A stretch of 64,000 nucleotides of DNA from Myxococcales bacterium (GCA_047601445.1 JASGJH010000001.1:7360001-7424000), one strand, 5' to 3'. Shown: positions 1-10,378, counted from the first letter of the stretch. The notes: generated from the sequence alone by a model not told the origin. A program made the numbers and translations.

Positions 1-93
1 CGGGCGAAATACATGGTGGAGGAGGTGGCGGCCTCGGTGCTCGGGGTTCGCGAGGTGAACAACCGGTTGCGCGTAGGGCAGGGCGGCCGGTGA
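1..93 (+). CDS. C-terminal fragment of a probable BON-domain protein (truncated by window start)
   Basis: Frame 1 reads RAKYMVEEVAASVLGVREVNNRLRVGQGGR*. The GV..V.N.L.V ending is typical of BON domains. Confidence 0.6.
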   Translation, partial: RAKYMVEEVAASVLGVREVNNRLRVGQGGR

Positions 94-295
94 CCCAAGG
101 CACTCGGTGAGCGAAGCGAACCTTGTGGGATGGGGGGAGGGGGCTGATCCCTTGGCGCTGGCCTCCAAGACAAAAAGGGGAGCCGCGCACGCGCACGGCT
201 ACGTTTCACGAGGACGTAGGCGGTTACGAGGGTAAAAAGAGCGGGAGTGGGGGGCGCCACGTATCTTTTCGGGCGTCCTCTACGTTGGTCCGAGT

Positions 296-1289
296 ATGAG
301 CCCTCCGAACACGCTGCAATCGTCGCTGAGAATCCTCCTGGCGCGGCTTTCTCGAGACCTACGAGCCGCTGCGCCCCGAGCTCTACCGCTACTGTCGACA
401 CCTCACCCGAAGCCCCTGGGATGCCGAGGACTTGGCACAGGACACCCTGTCCCGCGCCTTCGTCACGCTCGGCCAAATGAACGAGACGCCGCCGAATCCG
501 CGCGCTTGGCTGTTTCGGGTCGCGTCTAACCTCTGGATCGATCAAGTTCGCCGGCGCCGTCGTGAGCAACCTTGGCCTGAGCTGGCGGAGCCCGCTCAGG
601 ATCCGCTCGATCCGCGTGGCGCACGCGAAGCGGCGGGTACCCTGCTGGGTCAGCTCTCGCCCCAGGAGCGTGCGGCAGTCGTGCTCAAGGACGTGTTCGA
701 GCTCTCCCTCGAAGACGTGGCCGATACCCTCACGACCTCGGTGGGCGGCATCAAGGCCGCGCTGCATCGCGCACGCGGCAAGCTGGCGGAGTCGCCGCCT
801 CGTGAGCCAGGCTCGCCACGCCCGCCTGCGCTCGACGCTTTTTGCGCAGCCTTCAACGCGGGTGACCTCGACCGTGTGGCAGCGCTCTGCCTCGACAACG
901 TCGGTGTGCAAGTGGTGGGTGCGACCACGCTCCACGGACGCGACGAAGCCAAGCGCACGGTGCTGTTCGGCATGTTGTTCGGCATGGCGCACGTGCTGTC
1001 CACGGACCCCGATGGGTGGTTCGCCCCGTTCTTTCAAGGTGTCACTGCGCAGCCACCGCGCGTCGAGGCGCGCTTGCACCGCGGTGAGTGGGTGATCCTG
1101 CACTGGCACGAGCATCACGACGGAGAGGCCGTGCGCGCGCTGACCCGCCTCGAGTTCGAAGGCGACCACGTGGCCCGACTGCGCAACTACTTCTACAACC
1201 CGGAGCTCGTGACCGAGGTGTGCGCCGAACTCGGTCTGCCCTCGCGTTCCAACGGCTATCGCTGGTGCGGGGAGTCGTCATGTCCTTGA
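296..1289 (+). CDS. ECF sigma-70 factor with C-terminal SnoaL-like extension; frameshift near 331
   Basis: ATG296 gives MSPPNTLQSSLR. The frame then shifts to SSWRGFLETYEPLRPELYRYCRHLTRSPWDAEDLAQDTL (region 2), AWLFRVASN and region 4 GGIKAALHRAR, followed by a SnoaL-like FCAAFNAGD segment. Removing one A at 331-332 joins the frames. Confidence 0.8.
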
Positions 1290-1927
1290 CCTTGCTCTTC
1301 CACCCGCTCTCCTCGTTCTGTCAGAAGGTCCTGATGGGCCTCTACGAGCTCGACACCCCTTTCACCAAGCAGGTGGTCGACCTGTTCGACGACGAGCAGC
1401 GACGCGCGCTCGAGAAGCTCTGGCCCATCGGCAAGTTCCCGGTGCTGCGTGACGAGGCGCGTGACGTGACCGTCGCCGAGTCGAACATCATCCTGGAGTA
1501 CCTCGATCAAAGCGTGGCCGTGCGTGAGTCGTTGATCCCGCAGGACCGCGACGCGGCCCGCGAGTGTCGCATGCGCGATCGCTTCTTCGATCTCTACATG
1601 AACACGCCCGTGGGCAAGATCGTCACCGACAAGCTGCGTCCCGAGCCTGCCCGGGACCTCTACGGCGTGGAACAGGCCAAGGCGCAGCTGGAGACGGCCT
1701 ACGTGATCGCCGACGACTGGTTGCGCACCGGCCCCTGGGCGCTCGGGGAAAGCTTCTCCATGGCGGACTGCGCCGCGGCCCCGGCCCTGCTGTACGCGAA
1801 CTACGTGGTGCCCTTTCGCGAGCGCTTCACGCACCTCGCGGCCTACTACGACCGGCTCGCGGCGCGCCCTTCGTTCGCCCGTGTCTTGAGCGAAGCCCGG
1901 CCCTATTGGTCGATGTTTCCGGGCTAG
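1280..1927 (+). CDS. Glutathione S-transferase family protein
   Basis: Motifs MSLTLLFHPLSSFCQKV, PIGKFPVL, ESNIILEYL and FSMADCAA. The start overlaps the end of the upstream sigma gene. Confidence 0.9.
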   Translation: MSLTLLFHPLSSFCQKVLMGLYELDTPFTKQVVDLFDDEQRRALEKLWPIGKFPVLRDEARDVTVAESNIILEYLDQSVAVRESLIPQDRDAARECRMRDRFFDLYMNTPVGKIVTDKLRPEPARDLYGVEQAKAQLETAYVIADDWLRTGPWALGESFSMADCAAAPALLYANYVVPFRERFTHLAAYYDRLAARPSFARVLSEARPYWSMFPG

Positions 1928-2144
1928 CCAGACACCCACCCAAGCCGGCCATCCGCGATGCTTCTGGGGACTGGCGGAGGGGCAGCGCTGCGGACGAGAC
2001 CACCCTTGCGTCACTCGTCCGAGCGGCCCAAGGTACGCCACTTTCTAACCGCGCAGCCCCCCGCTGCTCGCTGTGCGTCCGAGCTAGTGGCCCCCGGAAT
2101 TCGCCGTTTTACCCGCGAAAATTCGCTCGTCTTGCTGGGGAGGC

Positions 2145-3218
2145 ATGGTGTGCCTCGCGCTGTGGCTGGCCACTGGCGCCGCCGCGGCCGACGACCGCTA
2201 TTACTACTATGACCCCGACGGCGTCGGAGCTCACGCCTTCTACAACCCATGGAACTTCATCGTGCAAGGGGGCTTGGGGGCTCTCTACGACACGCCGATG
2301 GACTCGTTCGACTGGTCGGGTGGCTTTGCGACCTTGAACAAGTCGCTAGGCAGTCCCCTCGACGCCATCCACGAGTACGGCTGGGGCCGCTTCATCTACC
2401 GCGAGTTCACCCCCCATCCCGGCGCCGGCCAGAACTACGTGCCCAACTGGGTCTGGCACTTCACGGGCGGTGGCATGCGCACCAAGCTCATGGAGGAGTA
2501 CTACCGGCACCTGGGCTTGGACGAATGGCCGGCGCGCATCGCGGGCTGGGCCTCGCTCTATTCGATGCACTATTTGAATGAGGCAGTGCAGGCGGCGCGC
2601 TTCGAGGGCCATCGTCGCACCACCATCGATCCCCTGTCGGACATGTACTTCTTCGACTGGACGGGCGCCCTGATGTTCCAGTTCGATGCAGTGAACCGCT
2701 TCATGAGCCGGCGTCTCCACCAGCGCGAATGGTCCTATCAAGCGCAGTACGACCCGCTCGCGCGCAGGCTGCTCAACAACGGCCAGCTCTACTGGATGCG
2801 CGTCGGGCTCTACGGCCCCGTCAGCTTGAGCTTCTTGACCGGCGAGCAGATCACCAGCCTCAACCTCACCTATAGCTGGGACGACGTGCACCAGATCTCG
2901 GTGGGGGCAGGCCCCAAGTCCAAGGCCTTCATCGCGCGCAACAACGGCGACACGGATGCAAGCGGCATCGTGTGGAGCGCGGGCGTGTACTACTCGGTGA
3001 ACGACAACCCCTTCGTGGTGTTCACCTACGAGCCCAGCGAGCGGCATGGCGGCGAGCGCCATCCGGGGCAAGCCAAGTACATGGTCAACTGCTACCCGGG
3101 CCTTTTGCGGGTGTTCGACCAACCTGCGGGGATGTCGCTTTCGTATCAGCTGGAAGCTTTTTTCGTGGGCTTTGCGATGGGGCCGTTGCCGATGGGGATG
3201 GTGCTCGGAACGAGGTGA
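2145..3218 (+). CDS. Hypothetical exported protein, possibly outer-membrane
   Basis: Signal-peptide-like N-terminus (LALWLATGAAAA-D), aromatic-rich, with a beta-strand-like C-terminal half. Long ORF with host-like codon use. Confidence 0.6.
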   Translation: MVCLALWLATGAAAADDRYYYYDPDGVGAHAFYNPWNFIVQGGLGALYDTPMDSFDWSGGFATLNKSLGSPLDAIHEYGWGRFIYREFTPHPGAGQNYVPNWVWHFTGGGMRTKLMEEYYRHLGLDEWPARIAGWASLYSMHYLNEAVQAARFEGHRRTTIDPLSDMYFFDWTGALMFQFDAVNRFMSRRLHQREWSYQAQYDPLARRLLNNGQLYWMRVGLYGPVSLSFLTGEQITSLNLTYSWDDVHQISVGAGPKSKAFIARNNGDTDASGIVWSAGVYYSVNDNPFVVFTYEPSERHGGERHPGQAKYMVNCYPGLLRVFDQPAGMSLSYQLEAFFVGFAMGPLPMGMVLGTR

Positions 3219-3233
3219 GAAACTCAGCTGCGC

Positions 3234-4448
3234 CTACTCCGACTCTTCTTCTTCCCCCGCCACCGCATTCCCCGTCGCGCCCACCAGCAAGGCCCGCCGA
3301 TTCACTGCTCCCGTCTTGCGCAGAATCGACGAGACCTGATTGGCCACCGTCGCCACGGAGCGCCCGCGAAGCGCGGCGATGTCGCGATTGGAATGACCGA
3401 GCTGCACCAACTCCAGTACATCCACCTCGGCGGCGCTCAAGCTGTCCATGGCCGCGAGCTGATGCGTGGATCCGCCCAGGGCCGAGGCGCAGCGCAAGAG
3501 ATCGGCGCGCTCTCGGAAGCCGAGCTTGAGCTGCGCCGAGGCCAGCGCGCGCGACACCAACGTGGGCGCGATGCCCAGCGCGTACGCCACCTGCTTGCCG
3601 CTCAAGCCCTGTGAGGACAGGCTCAACACCGAGGCCTCACGCACGTCGAGGCTGCGATAGCGGCGCGCAGCGGGGGAGTTCTCGAAGGCCAGGTAGCTGC
3701 GTTTGCCACCGCGTTCTTCCTGCTCCACCAAGCTCCATTGCCCCTCGACGAGCGCCTTCCACACCCCCAGCGCGGAGTCCTGGTCCGAGCGTCCGCGTGC
3801 GGTGCGCGCCGCTTCGATGTCGCGCACGCGCTTGCCCACTGCCGCGTGCTGCTCGGTCCCGATGCCCTGCGCGTCTTCGATGCGGCCCGAGGGCGAGATG
3901 ACGGCCGTGGGTGCCGTGCCACCCACCATGCGCAGCCGCAGCACGGACTCGACGTGAATGCGCAAGCGCTCCAGCGTGAGCCGCTCCGACGGCTCGAGCT
4001 TTTGGTGATGCCAGCTGCTGAACAACACGAACGACCAGCCGGGCGCGGGATGTCCAATCAGCCCCACGAACTCTTCTACCTTGGTCTGCGCGAGGTAGTA
4101 CTCGTAGAGCGCGCGTGGGCCAGGCGGGGCCGAGCGCGCCACGCTGGACCCGAGCAGCACGTGCCGAGTTGGGTACCAGAATTCCCGGTAGGCCCCCTCC
4201 TCCATGTTCTCGACCACGTGACCCGCCATCTCGAGCACGCTGCGACCGTGTCCTCGCCCATCGGCGAGCTCGAGGCTGCGTCCCTGGGGCTGCTCGCGGA
4301 TCACGCTCAGGCCGCACGCCGCGTGGGGACCCACCGTCTGCTCGATGGTGTCGAGCAGATGGTTGAGCCACGCATCGTTGTCCGAGGCCGCCGTATACAA
4401 CGCCTCGGCCACCGACACGAAATCGCCTTTACTTCCTTCTCGCACCAC
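3234..4448 (-). CDS. LuxR-family transcriptional regulator with two tandem C-terminal HTH domains
   Basis: Two HTH segments: LDVREASVLSLSSQGLSGKQVAYALGI and LSAAEVDVLELVQLGHSNRDIAALRGRSVATVANQVSSILRKTG. Confidence 0.8.
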   Translation of the reverse strand: MVREGSKGDFVSVAEALYTAASDNDAWLNHLLDTIEQTVGPHAACGLSVIREQPQGRSLELADGRGHGRSVLEMAGHVVENMEEGAYREFWYPTRHVLLGSSVARSAPPGPRALYEYYLAQTKVEEFVGLIGHPAPGWSFVLFSSWHHQKLEPSERLTLERLRIHVESVLRLRMVGGTAPTAVISPSGRIEDAQGIGTEQHAAVGKRVRDIEAARTARGRSDQDSALGVWKALVEGQWSLVEQEERGGKRSYLAFENSPAARRYRSLDVREASVLSLSSQGLSGKQVAYALGIAPTLVSRALASAQLKLGFRERADLLRCASALGGSTHQLAAMDSLSAAEVDVLELVQLGHSNRDIAALRGRSVATVANQVSSILRKTGAVNRRALLVGATGNAVAGEEEESE

Positions 4449-4520
4449 GTCCTGCGCTACCGTGGCAGAAAATCTCGAGCAACGGCTTTTTCTTGACCTC
4501 GGGGGCCACTGCGATGCGCC

Positions 4521-5996
4521 TCAGATGCCAAGACAGTAGTAGCCGCCCATGGGCCAGTAGATCGAGAAGTTGGCGCACATCTCGTCGTCCGAGCTCTGCC
4601 CGAAGCCAACCAGATGGTCGGTGGTGTTTTCCCAGGTACAACGACTGGTGACCACGTCGCCGCTCCGGATCACCTCGTCGTGCAGCGGATAGATCAGCTG
4701 GTCCGAGAAACTGTACGGCATGTCATGCAGCACACGTTCTTCGGAGTCGTGGGTCACCGAGAGGAAGGCGTGCACGCCGAGCTTGTGCATGTGCGGCGCC
4801 ACCCCCACCAGGTGCATGTCCTCGTCGGTGGTGGTGACCACGCGGCAGATGTCCTGGAAGGATTGACGCATCCCCGGCGTGAGCAGCGGGAACGCGTTGA
4901 AGTCGTTGGTCACGGTGGCGATGTGCTTGCGCGGCGTACGGGTGGCACACACTTCGAAGCCGCTACGGTCGAACTCCACCTCGCTGCCCCCGACGTTGTA
5001 GTAGTGAAGCTCCAGGTGCAGCGGGCCCTGGGGGAGATACAACCCCACGTCGTCCGGCAGCTTGAATCCACCTTCGTTGCCCGGCGCCCAGGCCCAGATG
5101 AACGCACCGCGGTGGTCGATGTCGATGCCTTCATAGAGCACCCAGTGATGCAGCACCTTGGTGTTGTCGTTGATGGGCAAGAAGGTGATGCCCTGCACGT
5201 CGTCGTCGTGCCACGGCGGCGTCTCGATGGGCAGCTGGTAGCGAATCTCCTCGCCCGCGCCGATGCGGAACGGTTGGCTCGGGTCGTTCGGATCGTGGGC
5301 CAGCACCGTGTAGCGCTCGTCGCACTCCCATTCCTCTTCGGGCGCAGGCGTGGGCGGCGCCACTTCCGGCAGCCCCTGACACGTCACGTCCGGGCCTGGC
5401 AGGGCTCCTCCGGTGATCCAGCGATCGAGGGTGGCGCGCTCGTCCGCGCTCAGCGGCGTGAAGGGAGGCATGGGCTTGCGCTCATCGTGGATGCGCAACG
5501 CCACTTGCTCGAACACCTTGTGCTCGGGGGCCGTCACCGCAGGCTGCTGCAAATCGGCGTAGTTCACCAGCGACATGGGCGCGCCCGTGCGGCGCTCGCT
5601 GCCGTGACAGCTCTGGCAATGCGCTCGGAAGACCGCCAACGCATCGCACCAGTCGCTCGCCACGAGCCCGGGTTCGGAGGTCGGATCTTGGGTGTCGTCA
5701 ACGCCGTCGCCGTCGCCATCGCCGTTCACGTGTTCTTCGTTCGTGCCGGGACGCCCTGCGTCGCCGAGCTCGTTGGTACACGCGATCAACAGGCAGGTCC
5801 CCAGCCATGCCCATCGCCATCGAGATGCGCTTTGCACGCGTGCTGGTCGAAGCGCGCGGTTCCGCGCGTGAGCCACTAGACGACCGAGATCCACGCCGAG
5901 TCCTTTCTCTCGCCGCGCGAACGCTGCGGCCCCGGACTCTATAGTTGAGGCATGCGCACGGTGTTTTGCGCGTCTTTGCTCGCGTGCACAAATCAC
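4521..5996 (-). CDS. Lipoprotein with N-terminal cytochrome c domain fused to a PHM/DBH-like type II copper monooxygenase (start uncertain)
   Basis: Lipobox LLIAC, short GD repeat, CQSCH heme motif with MPP. CuH-like ligands VLHHW and LELHYYN; CuM-like ligands PHMH and DEMC. Confidence 0.8.
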   Translation of the reverse strand: MICAREQRRAKHRAHASTIESGAAAFARREKGLGVDLGRLVAHARNRALRPARVQSASRWRWAWLGTCLLIACTNELGDAGRPGTNEEHVNGDGDGDGVDDTQDPTSEPGLVASDWCDALAVFRAHCQSCHGSERRTGAPMSLVNYADLQQPAVTAPEHKVFEQVALRIHDERKPMPPFTPLSADERATLDRWITGGALPGPDVTCQGLPEVAPPTPAPEEEWECDERYTVLAHDPNDPSQPFRIGAGEEIRYQLPIETPPWHDDDVQGITFLPINDNTKVLHHWVLYEGIDIDHRGAFIWAWAPGNEGGFKLPDDVGLYLPQGPLHLELHYYNVGGSEVEFDRSGFEVCATRTPRKHIATVTNDFNAFPLLTPGMRQSFQDICRVVTTTDEDMHLVGVAPHMHKLGVHAFLSVTHDSEERVLHDMPYSFSDQLIYPLHDEVIRSGDVVTSRCTWENTTDHLVGFGQSSDDEMCANFSIYWPMGGYYCLGI

Positions 5997-6055
5997 TATT
6001 ACGCGGGCTTCCCGCCCTCCCTATGCTGCCCTCCAAGTCGACCGGGGGACGTTCA

Positions 6056-6787
6056 ATGTCACTGTGCCTAATCCGCTATTATCGTCAGGAAGATCGCGCG
6101 GCGGTGCGTGCAATTGCCTTCGAAACTGGGTTGGCAGGCGGATCGATCGAACCCCAGTACAAAGATCGCGAGAGCTTCGCGGACTTCACGACGGCCTACT
6201 ACACGGACCATGAGCCCGAGAACGGCATCGTGGTGGAGCTCGAAGGCAAGGTGGTGGGCTACTGCCTCTCCACGCGCGACACCCGGCGCGCCATCGGTCC
6301 TTTCCGCTATCTGCTGTGGCACACGTTCTGTCGTGGGGTGTGTTTTCGCCCGGGCACAGCGGGTTATTACGGCCGCGCCTGGCTCGATGGTTTGCGCGAT
6401 CTCGGCGAGCCCGGGCGCACGGACATCGATCTCGATCGCTTCCCGTCCCACGCGCACATCAATCTCCTGCCCGAGGCCCGTCGCGGCGGCATTGCCACCG
6501 AGGTGATCTGTCGACTCTTCGATCATCACCAACGCCTGGGCTCGCCTGGCCTCTACGCGGAGTCGGTGTCCACCAATCTAGGCATGGCCGCGATCACCAA
6601 GCGCCTCGGCTGCGTGAACCTGGGCGAGCCCTATCTGGTTCCGGGTTGGCGCGGCCCCGAGGGCGAGCGCGTGCGCGTGCAGGTCTACGCACGGGATCTC
6701 ACGAGTTGGGTCCCCGAGGCGTGGCAGCAGCTCTTGCGCAAGGACGCGGGGACTCCTCCGCGCGCCGTCGAGCACGCGGCTCACTGA
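6056..6787 (+). CDS. GNAT-family N-acetyltransferase
   Basis: Motifs IRYY...D, GKVVGYC and HAHINLLPEARRGGIA (acetyl-CoA motif A). Confidence 0.75.
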   Translation: MSLCLIRYYRQEDRAAVRAIAFETGLAGGSIEPQYKDRESFADFTTAYYTDHEPENGIVVELEGKVVGYCLSTRDTRRAIGPFRYLLWHTFCRGVCFRPGTAGYYGRAWLDGLRDLGEPGRTDIDLDRFPSHAHINLLPEARRGGIATEVICRLFDHHQRLGSPGLYAESVSTNLGMAAITKRLGCVNLGEPYLVPGWRGPEGERVRVQVYARDLTSWVPEAWQQLLRKDAGTPPRAVEHAAH

Positions 6788-6795
6788 GGGCGTCC

Positions 6796-8199
6796 ATGAT
6801 CCGAAGTGGCTCCCTGCGCGTGCTCGGGGGATTGGCGAGCGTGGTCGGTCTCACCGCCTGCGACACGGCTCCTCACGAGACGAGCGATGCAGGCCCCCAC
6901 GACGCCGCAGGGCTCGAGCTGGATGCCACGCTGGCGGACGCCACGTCCAGCGACGAGAACGCCGACGCGAGCCCCCACGAAGGCTTGCCCGATGCGGCGG
7001 AGCTGGACGCCGCACGCGATGCAGCCACCGACGTGGGCGAAGACCCTGGACGCGAACCCTGGCGGCCGGTGCCCGCCAACGAAGTGCGGGAGACCTGTCG
7101 CCTCGATCCCGAGCAGCTCGTCGCGGCCGACCAGGCGTTGGGTGTGCCATGGGCGGTGGTTCGCTATGGCAAGCTCTGCCACCAGTTCGGCTCCCAGGAC
7201 GAGCAACCGGGGCACGTCTTCTCGGTCACCAAGACCCTCGGTGCGCTGGTGACGGGCATGGTGGCTCACGAAACCCGCTCGCTCGCGCGCACCACCCGTA
7301 AGACCGGCCCATTGAGCGACGAGGATCGCATCGACCACTGGCTCGACGACTTCGCATACAACCCGAGTGCCCGCGTCGGACATGTGCTCGCGATGGTGGC
7401 CCACAGCGAGGGACTCGGCTCCGCGCCCGACGACATGGTCTACGACTCGTTCGGCACCACGCAGATCAACTCCCTGAGCGACGTCCTCAACGCGGCGATT
7501 CGCCAAGACTCCGTGCGGCTCGCTGGCGACCTCGATGGCTTCACGCAGCGCTTCCTGTTCGACACGTTGGGACTCGAGGACTCCGAGTGGGCCGCTGGGC
7601 AGCCCGACAAGACTTTCGGTTGGAGTTGGGTCACCAGCGTGCGCGACATGGCGCGTGTCGGGCTCCTCTTGCTGCGCCAGGGGAGCTGGCAGGGAGAACG
7701 CTTGCTCTCGCCGGACTGGATCGCGCGCATGACGCATCCTGCCTTCGAGATCGCGAACACCGGCTACGGATACTTGACCTGGGTCAACAGTGCCTCGAAC
7801 TTCGACTTCGGAGGAGCGGACGGGCCGGTGCTGCAGGACGCTTCCGGCCCGATGTTGACGTGCGCTCCCGTTTCACTGCACGGCCGCTATCCGCACGGGC
7901 TCTCCACGGCGCAGGACTGCCACTACGCCGCGCCGTATCCGTGCACGCAGACCTACGACGTGGGCGTGTGGCAAGCCGTCGGGCTCGGCGGTCAGGTGAT
8001 TCAGGGGCATCCGGGCCTCGACCTGCTGTTGGTGGCCCGCGACCTCACGCCGCTGGGTGGCGGTCAGGATGCGCCGATCCTGTTGTGGGAAGCGGTGCGT
8101 GACGCCGTGGTCGCAGCCGATCCGACGTACCAGGGAGATCTGGAAGCGTTCTGCGCCGCCTATGGCGCCAACGACTACGCACCCGATCTCGCACGCTGA
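6796..8199 (+). CDS. Serine hydrolase (beta-lactamase/PBP-like fold) lipoprotein
   Basis: Lipobox GLTAC, acidic DAG/DAA linker, SxxK motif FSVTK, RDMARVGLLLL..G.W.G..LL, GYGYLTW, AVGLGGQ. Confidence 0.8.
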   Translation: MIRSGSLRVLGGLASVVGLTACDTAPHETSDAGPHDAAGLELDATLADATSSDENADASPHEGLPDAAELDAARDAATDVGEDPGREPWRPVPANEVRETCRLDPEQLVAADQALGVPWAVVRYGKLCHQFGSQDEQPGHVFSVTKTLGALVTGMVAHETRSLARTTRKTGPLSDEDRIDHWLDDFAYNPSARVGHVLAMVAHSEGLGSAPDDMVYDSFGTTQINSLSDVLNAAIRQDSVRLAGDLDGFTQRFLFDTLGLEDSEWAAGQPDKTFGWSWVTSVRDMARVGLLLLRQGSWQGERLLSPDWIARMTHPAFEIANTGYGYLTWVNSASNFDFGGADGPVLQDASGPMLTCAPVSLHGRYPHGLSTAQDCHYAAPYPCTQTYDVGVWQAVGLGGQVIQGHPGLDLLLVARDLTPLGGGQDAPILLWEAVRDAVVAADPTYQGDLEAFCAAYGANDYAPDLAR

Positions 8200-8718
8200 T
8201 CAGCCCAGGCGCCACATGCAGGACCAGGCAAGCTCGCCCTTGTCGTTCTTGACGCAGTTGCATTCAGGACCGCTCAGCGCATCGGGCCAGATGCAGCTCT
8301 GATTCTCGACCTGACAAGCCTCGCCTTGCTTGCCCTCGCGGAAGTCGTGGCCGCACACCTTGCTGTGATCGCAGGCGCACCGTCCGGTCTTGTTCGTCCC
8401 AGTGCACGGCTGGTAGCACGAGCGGATATCGCTGGGATCGGAGCCGGCGTCGCCATCGCCGTGGGCGCCGCCATCGCCGTGGGTGCCGCCGTCGGCGTGG
8501 CTAGGGCGGTCACCATCACCATCACCATCACCATCACCATCACCATCACCATCACCATCACCATCACCGTCACCATCACCGTCACCTTGCCATTTGTCGG
8601 GCAGCGTCGGTGGAGAGTCCTCGCCACAGCCCACGCCGAACGCTGTGGCGCACGCGACCGAAGCCAAGGTCAACAGCAGTGCGTGTGCACGTCGATGTGC
8701 AGGAGAGGAGAGCTGCAT
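8200..8718 (-). CDS. Small Cys-rich lipoprotein with Gly-Asp repeat linker
   Basis: Lipobox GVGC, (GD)13 tract and a Cys-rich C-terminal domain. Confidence 0.75.
   Translation of the reverse strand: MQLSSPAHRRAHALLLTLASVACATAFGVGCGEDSPPTLPDKWQGDGDGDGDGDGDGDGDGDGDGDGDGDRPSHADGGTHGDGGAHGDGDAGSDPSDIRSCYQPCTGTNKTGRCACDHSKVCGHDFREGKQGEACQVENQSCIWPDALSGPECNCVKNDKGELAWSCMWRLG
8509..8586 (-). repeat. Hexamer tandem repeat (GGTGAY)x13 encoding (Gly-Asp)13
   Basis: The plus strand shows 13 rtcacc units (78 bp), in frame within the 8200..8718 gene. Confidence 0.9.
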
Positions 8719-8809
8719 GATGGAGGCACGCTAACACGAGTCCGCCACGCCGCAGCTGCTCGAGTTGACCGCTCTCTTGGCCAAAAGCGCCAAGCGCGTC
8801 CAGCGCGGC

Positions 8810-10378
8810 TCAGGGGTGAGCGACCGCGCCGGTCATCCGCTCGTAGAAGTCGAACACGTCGATCTTCGCCAGCGGCCGGTAGTTGCGGAACTCGCGGGCG
8901 AAGCGCACATCGCGGCTAAAATAGCGCAGATAATCGAAGTTCTTCTTCTCGCAGTCCAACACGGCGTCGTTGCGGTCCACGGCGACGATCTGGGGTTTCT
9001 GCTCGAGGAAGCCCTCGATCACCTTCTGGTAAACGAAGCGCTCGGACTCCGGCTGGGCCTCCACGGGGCGGAAGCCACCCTCGTGGGTCTCGCACTGCTC
9101 GTACACCCCGCGCAGCGCCCACAGCGACATGAACGGCATGGTCATGCGGAAGTCCGCGTAGTTCATGGAGGGGAACTGCGGGTACATGCCGGCCGAGAGC
9201 ACCAGGGCGCGCTGGTTGCCAGGCGTCTTCGTCATTACGTCGAGCCACTTGCGGACGGGGCTCTCCGAGAACGTGATTTGGTCGCGGAAGGGCGACAAGC
9301 GCAGGCCGTCGAGGAAGAGGAAGGGAATCAAGAGGCACGCCGCGAGCAGCGTGGTGGCCTCGCGCGTGAGCGTGTTGGACGCCAGGGCGTGTCGCTCCAC
9401 CAGGTCCGTGAGTGTCACGATGACAAGTAACAGCGTGGCGATGAGCGCGGGCACCGAGTGGTAGTCCCAGCCCTTACCCTGGAGCGCCGAGACCAGCGCC
9501 GCCGCCGCCGCGAACAAGCAGAGCAGGCGCGCTAGCGTCATGCGTCCGATGAAAGCAATGCCCCCCAGGATGGGTAACAGGAAGGTCACCGGAGCGAGCT
9601 CCAGACCCACCAGGATCTTGCCGGTGTTGGAGAGCATCTGCGCCGGGGTCGTGTAGGCCTCGGTGGCGAAAGGAATTACGACCGCGATGTATTCGGGGGT
9701 GCCGATCAGGGCCAGCAGCAGGTGCACTACGAGCACCCCGGCGATCAACCACGGCACCGGATCGCGCAGCGTCACGCGCAGACCGCGCGCCCGCAATGCG
9801 TAGACCTCCACGGTCACGAGCGGCAGCACGAAGTGAGGCTTGATGGCGAAGCCGAGGCCCGCGATCAAAGCGATGCTGACGGTCTGCCAGCGCGGCACGC
9901 TTACGCCCTCGACGCGCAAGGTGCTGAGGACGAGGTACGGCACCGCGGCCACCATCAAGAGGTGCTCGCGCTGGCCGAAGCAGCGGCCCGGATCGACGCC
10001 GAGCGCGAACAGCACGGCGAGCGGAAGGATGCGCGCGGTGAGTCTGCCGAGCTGAGCCTCGTGCCGGCGCGCGAGTTGCCAGACCAGACCGACCGAGATG
10101 GCGATGGCTGCGACCACGTAAATCGAGAACCAGGTAGGTCCATCCAGGCCCAAAGTCGCCGCGGTGAACTCTGCCGGCACATGGAGCGCGATGGCCCATG
10201 GGGTGTTCGGATCGATCACATCGACATAAAGGCGATCTCCCGCGAGCCAGCGCTTGGCCACGTACAGGAGGCAGCCCACGTCGAGGTTGATCGGCGGGTA
10301 GAGATGGCTCCCGACCCAGCAACACACGACGAGCAAAAGGGCGCCGTAGACGAAATCCGACAGCTTTCGCGACTGCAT
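8810..10378 (-). CDS. Multi-pass membrane protein, probable GT-C-type (lipid-linked sugar) glycosyltransferase
   Basis: About 11-13 hydrophobic segments, an N-terminal loop GDRLYVDVIDPNTP, GQREH and IKPHF motifs, and a soluble C-terminal domain. Divergent from the GT2 gene. Confidence 0.6.
   Translation of the reverse strand: MQSRKLSDFVYGALLLVVCCWVGSHLYPPINLDVGCLLYVAKRWLAGDRLYVDVIDPNTPWAIALHVPAEFTAATLGLDGPTWFSIYVVAAIAISVGLVWQLARRHEAQLGRLTARILPLAVLFALGVDPGRCFGQREHLLMVAAVPYLVLSTLRVEGVSVPRWQTVSIALIAGLGFAIKPHFVLPLVTVEVYALRARGLRVTLRDPVPWLIAGVLVVHLLLALIGTPEYIAVVIPFATEAYTTPAQMLSNTGKILVGLELAPVTFLLPILGGIAFIGRMTLARLLCLFAAAAALVSALQGKGWDYHSVPALIATLLLVIVTLTDLVERHALASNTLTREATTLLAACLLIPFLFLDGLRLSPFRDQITFSESPVRKWLDVMTKTPGNQRALVLSAGMYPQFPSMNYADFRMTMPFMSLWALRGVYEQCETHEGGFRPVEAQPESERFVYQKVIEGFLEQKPQIVAVDRNDAVLDCEKKNFDYLRYFSRDVRFAREFRNYRPLAKIDVFDFYERMTGAVAHP

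Noticed and set aside
6796..8199. Beta-lactam resistance gene
   Set aside because: The SxxK fold is shared by many esterases and peptidases, and class-specific beta-lactamase motifs are not evident.
8509..8586. Poly-His, (Ser-Pro)n or (Ile-Thr)n protein from the CACCAT repeat on the plus strand
   Set aside because: The minus-strand Gly-Asp reading lies in an ORF with a lipobox and matches GD tracts in other lipoproteins here. The plus-strand ORFs are shadows.
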